In this document: piece by piece, positions 1-9,920 of the stretch
Position numbering within the stretch: the stretch's first letter is position 1
Layout of the letters: each line of letters starts with the position of its first letter
Assembly: GCA_012729055.1 (NCBI GenBank)
Contig: JAAYDW010000032.1
Span: 1,839-65,838, forward strand
Length of the DNA stretch: 64,000 nt
Reading direction: 5' to 3'
DNA from: Deltaproteobacteria bacterium
GTDB lineage: Bacteria > Desulfobacterota > Syntrophia > Syntrophales > Smithellaceae
Notes under the pieces: generated by a model
Told to the model about the DNA's origin: nothing
Database searches by the model: none
The model's input: the letters and a program-made list of their open reading frames with translations, nothing else
Position numbers and translations under genes: made by a program

Positions 1-75
1 AAAAAGGCCAAGGAAGAAAAAGAGCAGGCCAAAGCCGCGGCGAAGGCAAAAAAAGAAAACGCCAAAACCCACTGA
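1..75 (+). CDS. 3' end of an upstream gene (partial; Lys/Ala/Glu-rich tail), product unknown
   Basis: Frame 1 is open from the window edge to TGA at 73-75 (KKAKEEKEQAKAAAKAKKENAKTH*). Too short to identify. Confidence 0.2.
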   Translation, partial: KKAKEEKEQAKAAAKAKKENAKTH

Positions 76-82
76 AGGTTCG

Positions 83-1669
83 TCAGGCGACCGCCTGAAA
101 CTCAGCCATTTTAATCGTTCGAATAATCTGCCGGCGCGCCAGCTCCGGCTGGTCCGACGTGTCCACCCGGAAGTGGCTTGCCGCTGGAATTTCGCAGATG
201 GCCTCGTATTCCTTTTTCTGCTGCGCGAGGATTTCCCAGCGGCCGTCGGAGGGATTGTCCCGGTCCTGCTGGCGTTTTTCCAGGCGGATTTTGACGAGCT
301 CGTCCGGACAGGTGCATTCGATGACATAAAGCGGCACGTTCAGCCGCCGGGCCAGATCGACGGCCAGCGCCCGGTCGGCTCGGCTGCGAAACGACGCGTC
401 GATGATCGCCGGGCGGCCCTGCGCCATCCGTTCGGCGGCCCATTCGATGGCCTTCTCGTAAGTCTTCCGGGAGATGTCTGCGGTGTAAATGCCCTGCCCG
501 AAAGCGTCATGATGCTTTTCCGCGGGCGCGATCTGCAGGAGTTCCTTGCGCAGAACGTCTGTGCGGACGACGTCCGCGCCCAGCCGCTCGGCCAGGGCTC
601 TCGCCTGAAAACTCTTGCCGGAGCCGATCAGCCCCGCAGTCAGGATCAGCGCGGGCTTTTCCAGGCGCGCCGCGTAGGTGTAGGCCAGATCGAAGTATTG
701 CGTTGCCGTGCGGACGACGTCGCTGCGTTCGGCCTCGGGCAGTTCTTTCTGGTCCAGGCGGAAGCTGGTGACTTTGCCGCGGACGTAAGCATAGTAGGCG
801 CGGTAAAAATTGAGCAGCGCGGGCAGGTCCCGGTCGCCCGAATAGGCCAGATAGGAGCGCACGAAAGCTTCCGCGTGATCCGGATAGCCGTTGTAATCAA
901 GATCCATCGTCAGAAAAGCCACTTCAGCCGCCGTGTCGCTGAAGCGGAAGCGCTCGTTGAATTCGATGCAGTCAAAGACGAGAATTTCGTCGGCGATGCA
1001 GATATGCTCCAGGTGCAGATCGCCGTGGCCGTCGCGGATGCGGTGCTCGGCGACACGTCTTTCCAGCAGTTCCTGATGAACGGTCAGAAATTTTTCCACG
1101 TACTCCCTGATGAAGTCGTATTGATAGGCGGGGATGGTCCGGTTGACGTACTTTTCGGTTTGTGTGAAATTTTCCTCATGATTGCGACGGATGATTGCCG
1201 GCCGGCCCATTTCGTCGATGGCGCCGCCGGTCTCAGCCTCCCGGTGGAAGCGGGCGATGCGCCGGGCGACCGCATCCATGACCTTTGCGTCGGCGCGGCC
1301 CTGGGCCAGCAGAATCTTCAACATCCTGCCCAGCGGCAGCTTCTTCATGCGGACGGCGAAGTCCACCGCTTCTCCCGGACCGCCGGGCCACAGCAGGCCG
1401 TCGGCGCGCCTCACGATCGGCACGACGTCCAGATAGATGCTGGGCGCCAGACGCCGGTTCAGGCGGACTTCTTCTTCGCAGTAAAACTTTCTTTTTTCGA
1501 GCGTGGTGAAATCGAGAAAACCGAAGTCGACCGGCTTTTTGACCTTGTAGACGTAGTCGCCGGCAATGAAGACCCAGGAAATGTGCGTCTGCACCATTTC
1601 GACGGCGGACGGCCGGTGCGGATAAAAATCGGGGCGGATCAGATTTTGGGCGATGCCGGTTGGATTCAT
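83..1669 (-). CDS. bifunctional phosphotransferase-family (APH-like) kinase / P-loop AAA_33-type ATP-binding protein
   Basis: 528-aa ORF. Kinase-fold catalytic-loop-like DGHGDLHLEHI in the N-terminal half; Walker A GLIGSGKS in the C-terminal half. Confidence 0.8.
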   Translation of the reverse strand: MNPTGIAQNLIRPDFYPHRPSAVEMVQTHISWVFIAGDYVYKVKKPVDFGFLDFTTLEKRKFYCEEEVRLNRRLAPSIYLDVVPIVRRADGLLWPGGPGEAVDFAVRMKKLPLGRMLKILLAQGRADAKVMDAVARRIARFHREAETGGAIDEMGRPAIIRRNHEENFTQTEKYVNRTIPAYQYDFIREYVEKFLTVHQELLERRVAEHRIRDGHGDLHLEHICIADEILVFDCIEFNERFRFSDTAAEVAFLTMDLDYNGYPDHAEAFVRSYLAYSGDRDLPALLNFYRAYYAYVRGKVTSFRLDQKELPEAERSDVVRTATQYFDLAYTYAARLEKPALILTAGLIGSGKSFQARALAERLGADVVRTDVLRKELLQIAPAEKHHDAFGQGIYTADISRKTYEKAIEWAAERMAQGRPAIIDASFRSRADRALAVDLARRLNVPLYVIECTCPDELVKIRLEKRQQDRDNPSDGRWEILAQQKKEYEAICEIPAASHFRVDTSDQPELARRQIIRTIKMAEFQAVA

Positions 1670-1815
1670 GAGGGCCTCCGTGTGCGTTTGCGATCGGTTT
1701 TTGTATCAGTCTTTAAACAAATCGCCGGGCGATAATCAAGGCCAAATTCAATTTATTCTTGCACAGAAACGTCATCCGTGTTTATTTGGCGCCCAGTCGA
1801 TAAGGAGTTCCGGCC

Positions 1816-2466
1816 ATGTTCAAGAAACTGCGCAAAATCGCCGCCGTCAAGATCGGCGGCAGCCTTCTGTACTATCTCGCCTGGCTGTACACACTGACGT
1901 TTCGTTTAAAAGTGGTCAACGATGCCGAATGGATCGACCACATCGCGCAAGGAGGGAGAGTTCTGATCGGCTGCTGGCACCAGCAGTTTTTTGTCGGCGT
2001 CCGCGTGTTTCGGCGCTACCGGAAATATCGGGCGCTGGTCATGATTTCCCGCAGTACGGACGGAGACATTGCCTCGCGCGTGGCCGAAGCGGCGCATGCG
2101 CGTCCCGTGCGGGGGTCATCGTCGCGCGGCGGCGGACCGGCGCTTCGGGAAATCATCGCCCGACTGCGCCAGGGAAAGCTGGCGGTTCACTTGCTCGACG
2201 GACCGCGGGGACCGGCGGGTATCGTGAAGCCCGGCGCTGTTGCGATCGCCGCCGGCGCGGGCGCCGCGATCGCTCCGGTGTACGTGGAGGCCGACCGGGC
2301 CTGGCATGCCAAAAGCTGGGATCGCTACATGGTTCCCAAGCCTTTTGCCTGCGTGAGGGTCACCTTCTGCCCGCTTTTGAAACTGCCGCCGGACATGGAT
2401 GCCCAGGAGGTCGAAGCGCAGCGGCTAAGGCTCGAAGGCATTCTGGCCCCGCATCTAAAGCGTTAG
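1816..2466 (+). CDS. DUF374-family lysophospholipid acyltransferase-like protein
   Basis: 216-aa ORF. N-terminal hydrophobic segment, then a GCWHQQFF...ISRSTDGD pattern typical of DUF374/LPLAT-like proteins. Confidence 0.7.
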   Translation: MFKKLRKIAAVKIGGSLLYYLAWLYTLTFRLKVVNDAEWIDHIAQGGRVLIGCWHQQFFVGVRVFRRYRKYRALVMISRSTDGDIASRVAEAAHARPVRGSSSRGGGPALREIIARLRQGKLAVHLLDGPRGPAGIVKPGAVAIAAGAGAAIAPVYVEADRAWHAKSWDRYMVPKPFACVRVTFCPLLKLPPDMDAQEVEAQRLRLEGILAPHLKR

Positions 2467-2501
2467 CCGCCCCGCTTGAAAAATTGCGGCGGTCCGGATG
2501 C

Positions 2502-2768
2502 TCATTCGGGCGTTTCTTTAAAGAAATCTTCCACCTTTTTGAAGTTGTCGTCGACGATATTCCTGAAGTCGTCACAACCTTTCTTGTAGGCGGTCATCCA
2601 GTCGGAGATGGCCTTTTTCCCCTCTTCCGGAAACAGCGGCGATTTTTCCCAGAATTTATTAACGAGGCGTTCGGTCTGCTCGTGAAGGGCCTGCATCGCC
2701 CGGAAATTGTTGTCAAAGGCGGTTTTGTTGAAAACGATCATTTGTTTGGCGATCTGTTTCGGGTCCAT
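2502..2768 (-). CDS. small helical phasin-like protein (hypothetical)
   Basis: 88-aa ORF with balanced, non-low-complexity helical composition (MDPKQIAKQMIVFNKTAFDNNFRAMQALHEQTERLV...). The overlapping + strand ORF is Arg/Gly-rich junk. Confidence 0.55.
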   Translation of the reverse strand: MDPKQIAKQMIVFNKTAFDNNFRAMQALHEQTERLVNKFWEKSPLFPEEGKKAISDWMTAYKKGCDDFRNIVDDNFKKVEDFFKETPE

Positions 2769-2882
2769 TTCTTACCTCCGTTGTTCAAGGGTTTGCAGCT
2801 TTATCGGGTTACACGTCTTATGTATGAGTGGTCGGATGGATCTGTCTTCAGTTTAACCATTTCCCGCTGTTTGTAAAGCCTT

Positions 2883-3989
2883 TTATCCCCGACCGGCCGC
2901 CGACGCCGGATCCGGCTCGAGCCATTTCGTCAAAAGCGGTTTTTCCTTTTGCGTCCAGTCCGCGGAAAAGCGAACCGCGAGGAAGGAGGCGTAAAGCGCA
3001 TCGAGCGTGGTGGCCGCTTTTTCAATGAGATAGATACGCTCGAGGAGCAGAGCCGACGGGTCTTCCTGGGCGTCCTGCCGGTCCCCAACCGGCATCCTGA
3101 GCGACTGGAAGTAAAACGTATCGGCTTTAAACGCAAACTCCCATTCGTTCGCGTCCCTGTGGAGTTTGATCCCCGCTTCCTTGACTTTCTTTCCCCGGCG
3201 GACGGCTTCCTTGCCTTCCGTCAGCTCGGCGTGTAGTCCGGAACAGACGACGCCCTGCGCATACTCCCCTTCGCCTGTTTCCAGAGCGATCCGTTTGAGC
3301 AGGTGCAGTTCGATATCTTCGGCAGGAGAAAGCGCGATGCGGCCGTTTCTTTCTTCGGACTTGAACCACAGCCAGGTGAGAAATTCCCGGCCGACGAGCG
3401 AAAGATCGTCAGCGGGGACTTCCGAACGGCTTTTGTGCTCCAGCGCGAGGGGAACCTCCTGGGGCAAAACGCGCCTGAGCGAGAGGGAAAAAGTTTTCTT
3501 GAACAAGTCGACAAAATCGTCCGCAATCTTGTCCGCCAGGGATGAAAAGTACACTTTCTTTTGCCCCACCGCCCATAAAACATCGTAAAAGGAGGGAACG
3601 GGGTCGCTTTTGGTCAGAAGCTCCAGTTTGATCTTTTCTCTGAGGCCTTCGGTTACCGCTTTGCCGACGCGGGGCTGATTGTGTTCGGCCATGAAACGCC
3701 TCTGTTCCTCCAGCAGGCGGATTTTCAGCAGACGGGCGGGAATCTGCTTGCGGTCCACGCGCAGCGAAAAAATCAGATAATCTCCCAGGGCGTAGTTCGC
3801 CTGTTCGAAATCGGAATCCAGAACATCCGTGGCGGACACCCAGCCCATCCGTTTTTCTTCCGTGGATGAGCGCGCTTCCCGAAAGGCGTTTTCCCGGATC
3901 CGGTTGTTGACAAACGTGTGAAAAGCCTGCGGCAGCGCGCCTTCCACCTCAAAACGCATAAAAGAGAAATTTCCTTTGATTAAAGCCAT
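2883..3989 (-). CDS. rdgC: recombination-associated protein RdgC
   Basis: N-terminus MALIKGNFSFMRFEV and overall pattern typical of RdgC. ATG at 3989 is preceded by GAGGTGA; the ORF-track start (GTG 4013) has no SD. Confidence 0.8.
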   Translation of the reverse strand: MALIKGNFSFMRFEVEGALPQAFHTFVNNRIRENAFREARSSTEEKRMGWVSATDVLDSDFEQANYALGDYLIFSLRVDRKQIPARLLKIRLLEEQRRFMAEHNQPRVGKAVTEGLREKIKLELLTKSDPVPSFYDVLWAVGQKKVYFSSLADKIADDFVDLFKKTFSLSLRRVLPQEVPLALEHKSRSEVPADDLSLVGREFLTWLWFKSEERNGRIALSPAEDIELHLLKRIALETGEGEYAQGVVCSGLHAELTEGKEAVRRGKKVKEAGIKLHRDANEWEFAFKADTFYFQSLRMPVGDRQDAQEDPSALLLERIYLIEKAATTLDALYASFLAVRFSADWTQKEKPLLTKWLEPDPASAAGRG

Positions 3990-4163
3990 TTTTATCACCT
4001 CATCGGCGCGCACCGTACCCTATCAAACGCGGTCCGTCAAGGATTTCTGCTTGCAAAATGCCCTGAGATATCATGGAGTTTTCACCCAAATGCCCGAAAT
4101 ATTTATCCGTGGACAGAGCCTTTTTTTTATGTTACGAAACGACGTCCTTGGGAGCATTTCAAG

Positions 4164-5057
4164 ATGAAAATTAAGAAAGTCGGCCTTGTTGCCAATATCG
4201 AAAAGGAAAACATCTCGGCGTTTGCCGGCGCGCTGGCCGGCTGGCTGGAAGACCGCAAGATCAGGGTTTCCCTGGAGGCGAACATCGCCGCCGCCATCGG
4301 CGGCAGCGGCGGTTTCAAACTCGATGATCTGGCCGCCCGGGTGGATCTGATCGCCGTTCTGGGCGGAGACGGCACGATGCTGCGCACCGCCCGCTACGTG
4401 GCGCATCACCCCGTGCCCATCGTCGGCATCAACATGGGAACCTTCGGCTACCTCACGGAAGTCAACCTGAACGAAACCTATGCGGCCCTGGATTTGATTC
4501 TGAAGGGCGATTGCACGACGGAAAAGCGCATGATGCTGGATGTCAAAATCCGCCGGGGCAATAAAACCATCGGCGGGGGCATTGTTCTCAACGACGTGGT
4601 GATCAACCGCGGCAATCTCTCGCGCATTGTCGAGCTGGAAACCTCCGTCAACAGCCAGTACCTGACCACCTACAAATCCGACGGGCTCATCATTTCCACT
4701 CCGACGGGATCCACGGCTTACTCCCTCTCGGCGGGCGGTCCGATTGTCTTTCCCGGCAAGGAACTCATTATCATCAATCCCATCTGCCCGCACACGCTGA
4801 CCAACCGTCCGGTGATCTTCCCCGAGAGTTCCGTTCTCACCGTCACACTGTGGTCGAAGGAAAGCGGCGCGACAGTGACGCTGGACGGGCAGGAATCCTA
4901 CCGGATCAGTTCCGGCGACGTCATGACGATCCGCAAATCCAGGCATTACACAAGGCTGGTTCTTTCGCCGCACCGAAGTTACGGGGAGATTTTGCGTTCT
5001 AAACTGGGTTGGGGCAGTTTGCCGTCAGAAGCCGGGAAGAGAAAAAATGCTTCATGA
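4164..5057 (+). CDS. nadK: NAD+ kinase
   Basis: GGDGTML and TPTGSTAYSLSAGGPIV motifs; 297 aa. Confidence 0.95.
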   Translation: MKIKKVGLVANIEKENISAFAGALAGWLEDRKIRVSLEANIAAAIGGSGGFKLDDLAARVDLIAVLGGDGTMLRTARYVAHHPVPIVGINMGTFGYLTEVNLNETYAALDLILKGDCTTEKRMMLDVKIRRGNKTIGGGIVLNDVVINRGNLSRIVELETSVNSQYLTTYKSDGLIISTPTGSTAYSLSAGGPIVFPGKELIIINPICPHTLTNRPVIFPESSVLTVTLWSKESGATVTLDGQESYRISSGDVMTIRKSRHYTRLVLSPHRSYGEILRSKLGWGSLPSEAGKRKNAS

Positions 5058-6783
5058 TCTGAGCATTACCAACTTTGCCATCATCGACGAACTGCACGTT
5101 TCGTTTGAAGCAGGCCTCAACATCATTTCGGGCGAAACCGGAGCGGGCAAGTCGATTCTCATCGGCGCGGTAAGCCTGCTTTTGGGCGATCGGGCCGCAG
5201 CCGACATGATCCGCACGCAGGCCGACACCGCCACCGTGGAAGCGCTCTTCCGGATTCAGGACAATGCCCGGCTCAAGGAAAAACTCGCCGCGCTGGGATT
5301 TCCCGGAGGCGAGGAGCTCGTCATCCGCCGGGTGATTTCCCGTGCCGGCAAAAACCGGGTCCAGGTCAACGGGCAGATGGCGACGCTTGCGAATCTGGTC
5401 CAGATCAGCGAATCGCTCATCAATATCTGCGGCCAGCACGAACATCAGGTGATTCTCTCCGCGGACAATCACATCGACATTCTCGATGAATTCGGCGGCT
5501 GCCTGGACGCGCGCGCCGCCTATGAAGACGCCTACCGGCGCTATGGCGAGATTTGCGGCCGGATCGAGAAGCTCGAGGAGATGCGCCGGACGCGCGCGGA
5601 AAAAGCCGATCTCCTGGAGTTTCAACTGGCGGAAATCCGCGGTCTCAATCCCTCCGCGGGCGAGGATGAGGCGCTGGCCGATGAAAAAAAAGTGCTGCTC
5701 AACGTTCAGAAACTTGCCTCCTTCGCGGAGCGGGCCTACGCGCTTCTGTACGCGGAAAACGGCTGCATCGGCGATCAATTCAAGGAGGTTCTTGCGCAGG
5801 TGCGGGAAATCCGGAAGATCGATCCGGGGCTGAAGATCGACTCCGCCGACCTCGAAAGCTGTCAGGCGATCCTGCAGGATGCGGCGCTGACGCTGCGCGA
5901 CTACGCGAAGCGTCTGGTGTTCGATCCCGAACGGCTGGCGGTCGTGGACGAACGCCTGGACGTGCTTGGACGGCTCAAACGCAAGCACGGCGGCAGCCTG
6001 GAAGCCGTCCTGGCCCGTCGGCGCGAGATGGAGGAAGAGCTTAAGCGCGCCTCCGGCCTGGAAGAGGATCTGGCGGACCTGATCGGTGAAAAAGAGGTTC
6101 TGACCGGAAAGCTGCAAGAAAAGGCGCTGGCGCTTTCGAAGCTTCGCGGAAAGGCCGCCGCTGCGCTCAAAAAAGCCATCGACGCGAAGCTTTGCGACCT
6201 CAATATGCCCAACGCCTCCTTTTTTGTGAATTTCACAAAACGCTGCGGCCCCGCGGTGGAGACTTACGGTCCCAAAGGCGGCGACGAGATCGAATTTTAT
6301 CTGGCGGCCAACGCCGGCGAGGAGCCGAAACCGCTGGCCCGGATTGCCTCCGGCGGGGAGCTGTCGCGCATCGTGCTGGCGCTGAAAAATGTTCTGGCGC
6401 AGACCGGTTCGGTCGGCACGCTCGTCTTTGACGAAGTGGACTCCGGCATCGGCGGCGCCACGGCGGAAATCGTCGGACGGAAACTGAAAGAAATATCGGC
6501 TCATCACCAGGTCATCTGCATTACGCATCTGCCGCAGATCGCCAGCTTCGGCGGCCTGCACCTGCGGGTTGCCAAGCAGGTTGCCGGCGGGCGGACCTTC
6601 ACCACGGTGGAGGAAATCGATGAGTCGCAGAAAATCGAAGAGATCAGCCGGATGCTGGGCGGCGTGGACATTCCGGAAACGGCGCGCGTTCACGCCCGCG
6701 CCATGCTGGAAGCGGCCCGTGCGGCGCGCGTCGGCGCTGATCAGAGAAGGAGCAGGCATGCTGAGAAAAGCGCGCATCGGTGA
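5047..6783 (+). CDS. recN: DNA repair protein RecN
   Basis: N-terminal SMC-like Walker A GETGAGKS, long coiled-coil middle, C-terminal SGGELSR signature and Walker B LVFDEVDSGIGG. Overlaps the nadK stop by 11 nt. Confidence 0.95.
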   Translation: MLHDLSITNFAIIDELHVSFEAGLNIISGETGAGKSILIGAVSLLLGDRAAADMIRTQADTATVEALFRIQDNARLKEKLAALGFPGGEELVIRRVISRAGKNRVQVNGQMATLANLVQISESLINICGQHEHQVILSADNHIDILDEFGGCLDARAAYEDAYRRYGEICGRIEKLEEMRRTRAEKADLLEFQLAEIRGLNPSAGEDEALADEKKVLLNVQKLASFAERAYALLYAENGCIGDQFKEVLAQVREIRKIDPGLKIDSADLESCQAILQDAALTLRDYAKRLVFDPERLAVVDERLDVLGRLKRKHGGSLEAVLARRREMEEELKRASGLEEDLADLIGEKEVLTGKLQEKALALSKLRGKAAAALKKAIDAKLCDLNMPNASFFVNFTKRCGPAVETYGPKGGDEIEFYLAANAGEEPKPLARIASGGELSRIVLALKNVLAQTGSVGTLVFDEVDSGIGGATAEIVGRKLKEISAHHQVICITHLPQIASFGGLHLRVAKQVAGGRTFTTVEEIDESQKIEEISRMLGGVDIPETARVHARAMLEAARAARVGADQRRSRHAEKSAHR

Positions 6784-7216
6784 CGTCAAGACCATTCACC
6801 GGTTGATCAACCAGTCGTCGGCGAAGGGAGAAATGCTGCCGCGATCGTTAATGGACATTTACAATTCCGTGCGGGACTTCATCGTTTACTTCGATGAACA
6901 GGAGCAGCGGATCGTCGGCGTATGCGCCATGAACATCATCTGGGAAAACCTGGCGGAAATTCGTTCGCTTTACGTGGACGAGGCGTACCGCAAAAAAGGC
7001 ATCGGCCGGAAGCTCGTCGAGTTTTGCATTTCCGAAGCCATCACGCTGGAGCTTTTTCGCATTTTTTCACTTACGTACAAAAAGGAGTTCTTTGCCCGTC
7101 TGGGCTTTTCCGAGGTAGACCGCTCCATTTTGCCGGAGAAGATCTGGTCGGATTGCTTCCGCTGCCCAAAGTATCCCGACTACTGCGATGAAGTCGCTAT
7201 GATTATCGAATTATGA
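6758..7216 (+). CDS. GNAT family N-acetyltransferase (ArgA-like short form)
   Basis: ATG 6758 is preceded by AGAAGGAG. The acetyl-CoA motif YRKKGIGRKL is present. The ORF-track start at 6569 lies inside recN. Confidence 0.85.
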   Translation: MLRKARIGDVKTIHRLINQSSAKGEMLPRSLMDIYNSVRDFIVYFDEQEQRIVGVCAMNIIWENLAEIRSLYVDEAYRKKGIGRKLVEFCISEAITLELFRIFSLTYKKEFFARLGFSEVDRSILPEKIWSDCFRCPKYPDYCDEVAMIIEL

Positions 7217-8415
7217 TGCGGTCCGGACCGATTTTTATTTTTCTGCTGGTGCTTGCCGTTGTGATGTCCGGCTGCGTCCGCCGGGCGGCGCACTTTCCCG
7301 AAACACCCGCGCCCGGGCCCGCTCTGACCGAAACGGACGCCCGCCCGGATGACTTTCTCGACGATCTGGACAGCGCCTCGCTCCTTTTGGCCGTCGACCG
7401 CAGTCTGGCCTACTACAACGGAAAGGGCCGCGATCAGGTTTTTGCCTTGGCCGGCCGTCCGGTTACCGCCGGGCGTCTGAAGCGGACGCTCGAGGCTTTC
7501 CGGGACATTGTCCGGTCCGACGCGGACAGCGAAACCAAAAAGCGCCGGATCGCCGAAGATTTTCTGCTGCTCGGCGCGGCGGGGCAGACGGGGACGGGGG
7601 ACGTCGTCTTTACCGGCTATTACGAGCCGCTTTTGGAAGGATCGCGCACGCGCTCCGAAAAGTACAGGTATCCGCTTTACCGGCCGCCGTCCGATCTGGT
7701 GATGGAAAAGGGGCCGGCCGGGGAAATCCGGATCGGCCGCCGGGAAAACGGCCGGTTGGTTCCCTACTACACGCGGCGGGAAATCGACATCGCCGGCGCG
7801 CTGGACGGCAGGGGGCTCGAGCTGATCTGGGTGTCTGATGCCGTGGAACTTCAGTCGCTGCATACCCAGGGATCGGGGAAAATCCGTCTGGAAGACGGAA
7901 CGCTCGTCACGGTCGGTTACGCCCAGAACAACGGACGGCCTTTCCGCTCCGTGACGCTCAATCTGCTGGATCGGAACAAAATCGGAAAAAGCGACTCCTC
8001 CTACCGGAGCTTCAAGGTCTGGCTGAAAAGCAAAAGCGAAGAGGAGATTTTTGAAATTTTGAGCCACAACGAACGCTACATTTTCTTTCGCTTTCTGGAG
8101 CAGGATCCCGTGGGATCGCTGGGCCAGCCGGTGACGCCGGGCCGGACGATCGCCACTGATCCGGCCTTTTTCCCGCCGGGGGCGCTCGCCTTCATCCGGC
8201 TCAGCAAGCCGATCCTGGACGGCGACTACAACGTGACTGCGCGCGTCGAATTTTCACGTTTTGTTTTGAATCAGGACAAAGGCTCGGCCATCAAGGGGCC
8301 GGGGCGGGTGGATCTGTTCTGCGGCTTCGGTCCCGCGGCACAGGCCACGGCCGGCAGCCTCAAGGAAAAAGGCGAATTGTATTTCCTGCTGCTTCGGGAG
8401 GAGGCGGGCGGGTGA
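7213..8415 (+). CDS. mltA: murein transglycosylase A (MltA-like lipoprotein)
   Basis: Signal/lipobox LAVVMSGC. MltA-specific and 3D-domain pattern (...GSAIKGPGRVDLFCGFG...). Confidence 0.85.
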   Translation: MMRSGPIFIFLLVLAVVMSGCVRRAAHFPETPAPGPALTETDARPDDFLDDLDSASLLLAVDRSLAYYNGKGRDQVFALAGRPVTAGRLKRTLEAFRDIVRSDADSETKKRRIAEDFLLLGAAGQTGTGDVVFTGYYEPLLEGSRTRSEKYRYPLYRPPSDLVMEKGPAGEIRIGRRENGRLVPYYTRREIDIAGALDGRGLELIWVSDAVELQSLHTQGSGKIRLEDGTLVTVGYAQNNGRPFRSVTLNLLDRNKIGKSDSSYRSFKVWLKSKSEEEIFEILSHNERYIFFRFLEQDPVGSLGQPVTPGRTIATDPAFFPPGALAFIRLSKPILDGDYNVTARVEFSRFVLNQDKGSAIKGPGRVDLFCGFGPAAQATAGSLKEKGELYFLLLREEAGG

Positions 8416-8431
8416 AAGCCGGAGGCGGATC

Positions 8432-9175
8432 ATGATCCAAGAAGAGACACTCGATGAAATTCTCGGCGGCCGTTTGAAAATCCGCCAGAGCAAGACGGGT
8501 TACCGGTTCAATCTGGATTCGCTTATCCTGGCGCACTTCGTGACCTGCCGGCCGCAAAGCGTCAATCTGGATCTGGGCTGCGGCAACGGGATTCTCGCGC
8601 TCGTGCTGGCCGCGCGTTTTGTACAGTCGCGCTGGCGCGGCCTGGAGCTGCAGGCGGGCCTGGGCGCGCTGGCGCGGAAGAATGTCGAAGAAAACGGCCT
8701 GGCCGCCCGCGTGACGATCGACATCGGCGACGCGCGCAACATTCAAAAAATCTACGCGCCGCATACCTTCGATGCCGTTGTTTTCAATCCGCCGTACCGG
8801 AAAATCCATTCCGGCCGGATTAATCCCCTGCCGGAAAAAGCCATTGCCCGGCATGAAGTCAGCGGATCGCTCGCCGGATTTCTTGCGGCGGCCGTGTATG
8901 CGCTCAAGCCCAAAGGCCGGGTCTTCGCCGTCTATCCGGCGACAAGGTTAGCGGAGCTGATGCGCTGGTTCGACAAGAAAGGCATCGAACCCAAACGCCT
9001 GAAGCCGGTGTTTTCGGATGACACAACGGATGCGGAATTTGTTCTGGTGGAGGGCCGGCAGGGGGCGCGCGAAGAGCTGAAAATGGAGCCGCCGCTGTAT
9101 GTTTACGACGCGCCGAAAAAATACTCGCCAAGCATGGAGCGGATTTTCGCCGACCTGGCTTCTCCCGCCGGTTGA
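8432..9175 (+). CDS. tRNA (adenine-N6)-methyltransferase-like SAM-dependent methyltransferase (YfiC/TrmN6 family)
   Basis: SAM motif I DLGCGNGILAL and catalytic NPPY motif. Confidence 0.85.
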   Translation: MIQEETLDEILGGRLKIRQSKTGYRFNLDSLILAHFVTCRPQSVNLDLGCGNGILALVLAARFVQSRWRGLELQAGLGALARKNVEENGLAARVTIDIGDARNIQKIYAPHTFDAVVFNPPYRKIHSGRINPLPEKAIARHEVSGSLAGFLAAAVYALKPKGRVFAVYPATRLAELMRWFDKKGIEPKRLKPVFSDDTTDAEFVLVEGRQGAREELKMEPPLYVYDAPKKYSPSMERIFADLASPAG

Positions 9176-9264
9176 CGCGTTTTTTTGCGCCTAGCGAAAG
9201 ACGGCGCTTTCAAAACGCCGCTGCCGTCACCGCTGCGAATCAAAGGAGGCCGTTTCCGCGCCTT

Positions 9265-9771
9265 TCACTTCGATCGGCGCGGCCGTCGTTCCTCCAGTTG
9301 CCGGCGGCGGCTGATTTCCAGCGTCATCACCCGTTTGACGACATCGGCCAGTTCCGGGTCCGCCAGGCGGCCGGCGCACTCGTTAATCATTCTTTTGTCC
9401 CTTTCCTTAAGCGCTGCTTTTCCAAAGGGCGCCGCCTTTTTTCCGTCGGGAACGGCGGGAAAATATCCGACGGTGAAGTGAATGTCGCGGACGACGGCTT
9501 TCCCGGCGAGGCTGTTGAGTTTTTGCCGGATCTCTTCCTTCATGAAGTGCAACTGCTGCACCCAGACGGAGGAAGCGGCCCGAACAAAGAGAATTCCGGC
9601 GCGCCAGCCGTCCGGCTTGGTTTGCAGGGCGATTTGCGGGCCTGTCGCCTGCGGCCAGAGTTTAAAGACGGCGCTTTCCTCGCGCTTGACGGCCATCCCT
9701 CTTCTTTTCAGGGCAGCGTAAAGGATTTCACCGATGGGCTCAAGTTGTCTCACTGAAAATTTCCGTCTCAT
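9265..9771 (-). CDS. DUF721 (DciA-like) protein
   Basis: 168 aa with a pattern typical of the DUF721/DciA family (...LWPQATGPQIALQTKPDGWRAGILFVRAASSVWVQQLHFMKEEI...). Confidence 0.75.
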   Translation of the reverse strand: MRRKFSVRQLEPIGEILYAALKRRGMAVKREESAVFKLWPQATGPQIALQTKPDGWRAGILFVRAASSVWVQQLHFMKEEIRQKLNSLAGKAVVRDIHFTVGYFPAVPDGKKAAPFGKAALKERDKRMINECAGRLADPELADVVKRVMTLEISRRRQLEERRPRRSK

Positions 9772-9920
9772 GGTCTGGAAATGACATACTTTTGCCGGAT
9801 GATCAAGGCTTATCGAAAATGCGGTATTGCGCGGCGACGGCCTTTTGCGCCGCGAACCCGGCGTTTGGCGAGGCGATCTTTTTTCCCGGGTCTGCGTAAG
9901 TTGGTTTTCCGTCCATGGAT

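Noticed and set aside
173-1735. 520-aa + strand ORF antisense to the kinase gene
   Set aside because: Arg/Gly/Ala/Val-rich low-complexity translation with no motifs. The opposite strand carries clear kinase and P-loop signatures. This is a typical shadow ORF of GC-rich DNA.
4041-4055. Sigma54-like GG-N10-GC element (AGGATTTCTGCTTGCA) upstream of nadK
   Set aside because: Only the GG and the TTGCA match. The -24 box (TGGCAC) is otherwise absent and no enhancer-binding-protein context is evident.
4999-6795. 598-aa minus-strand ORF antisense to recN
   Set aside because: Shadow ORF. recN on the + strand has Walker A, signature and Walker B motifs, whereas the antisense product is Arg/Gly/Ala-rich without motifs.
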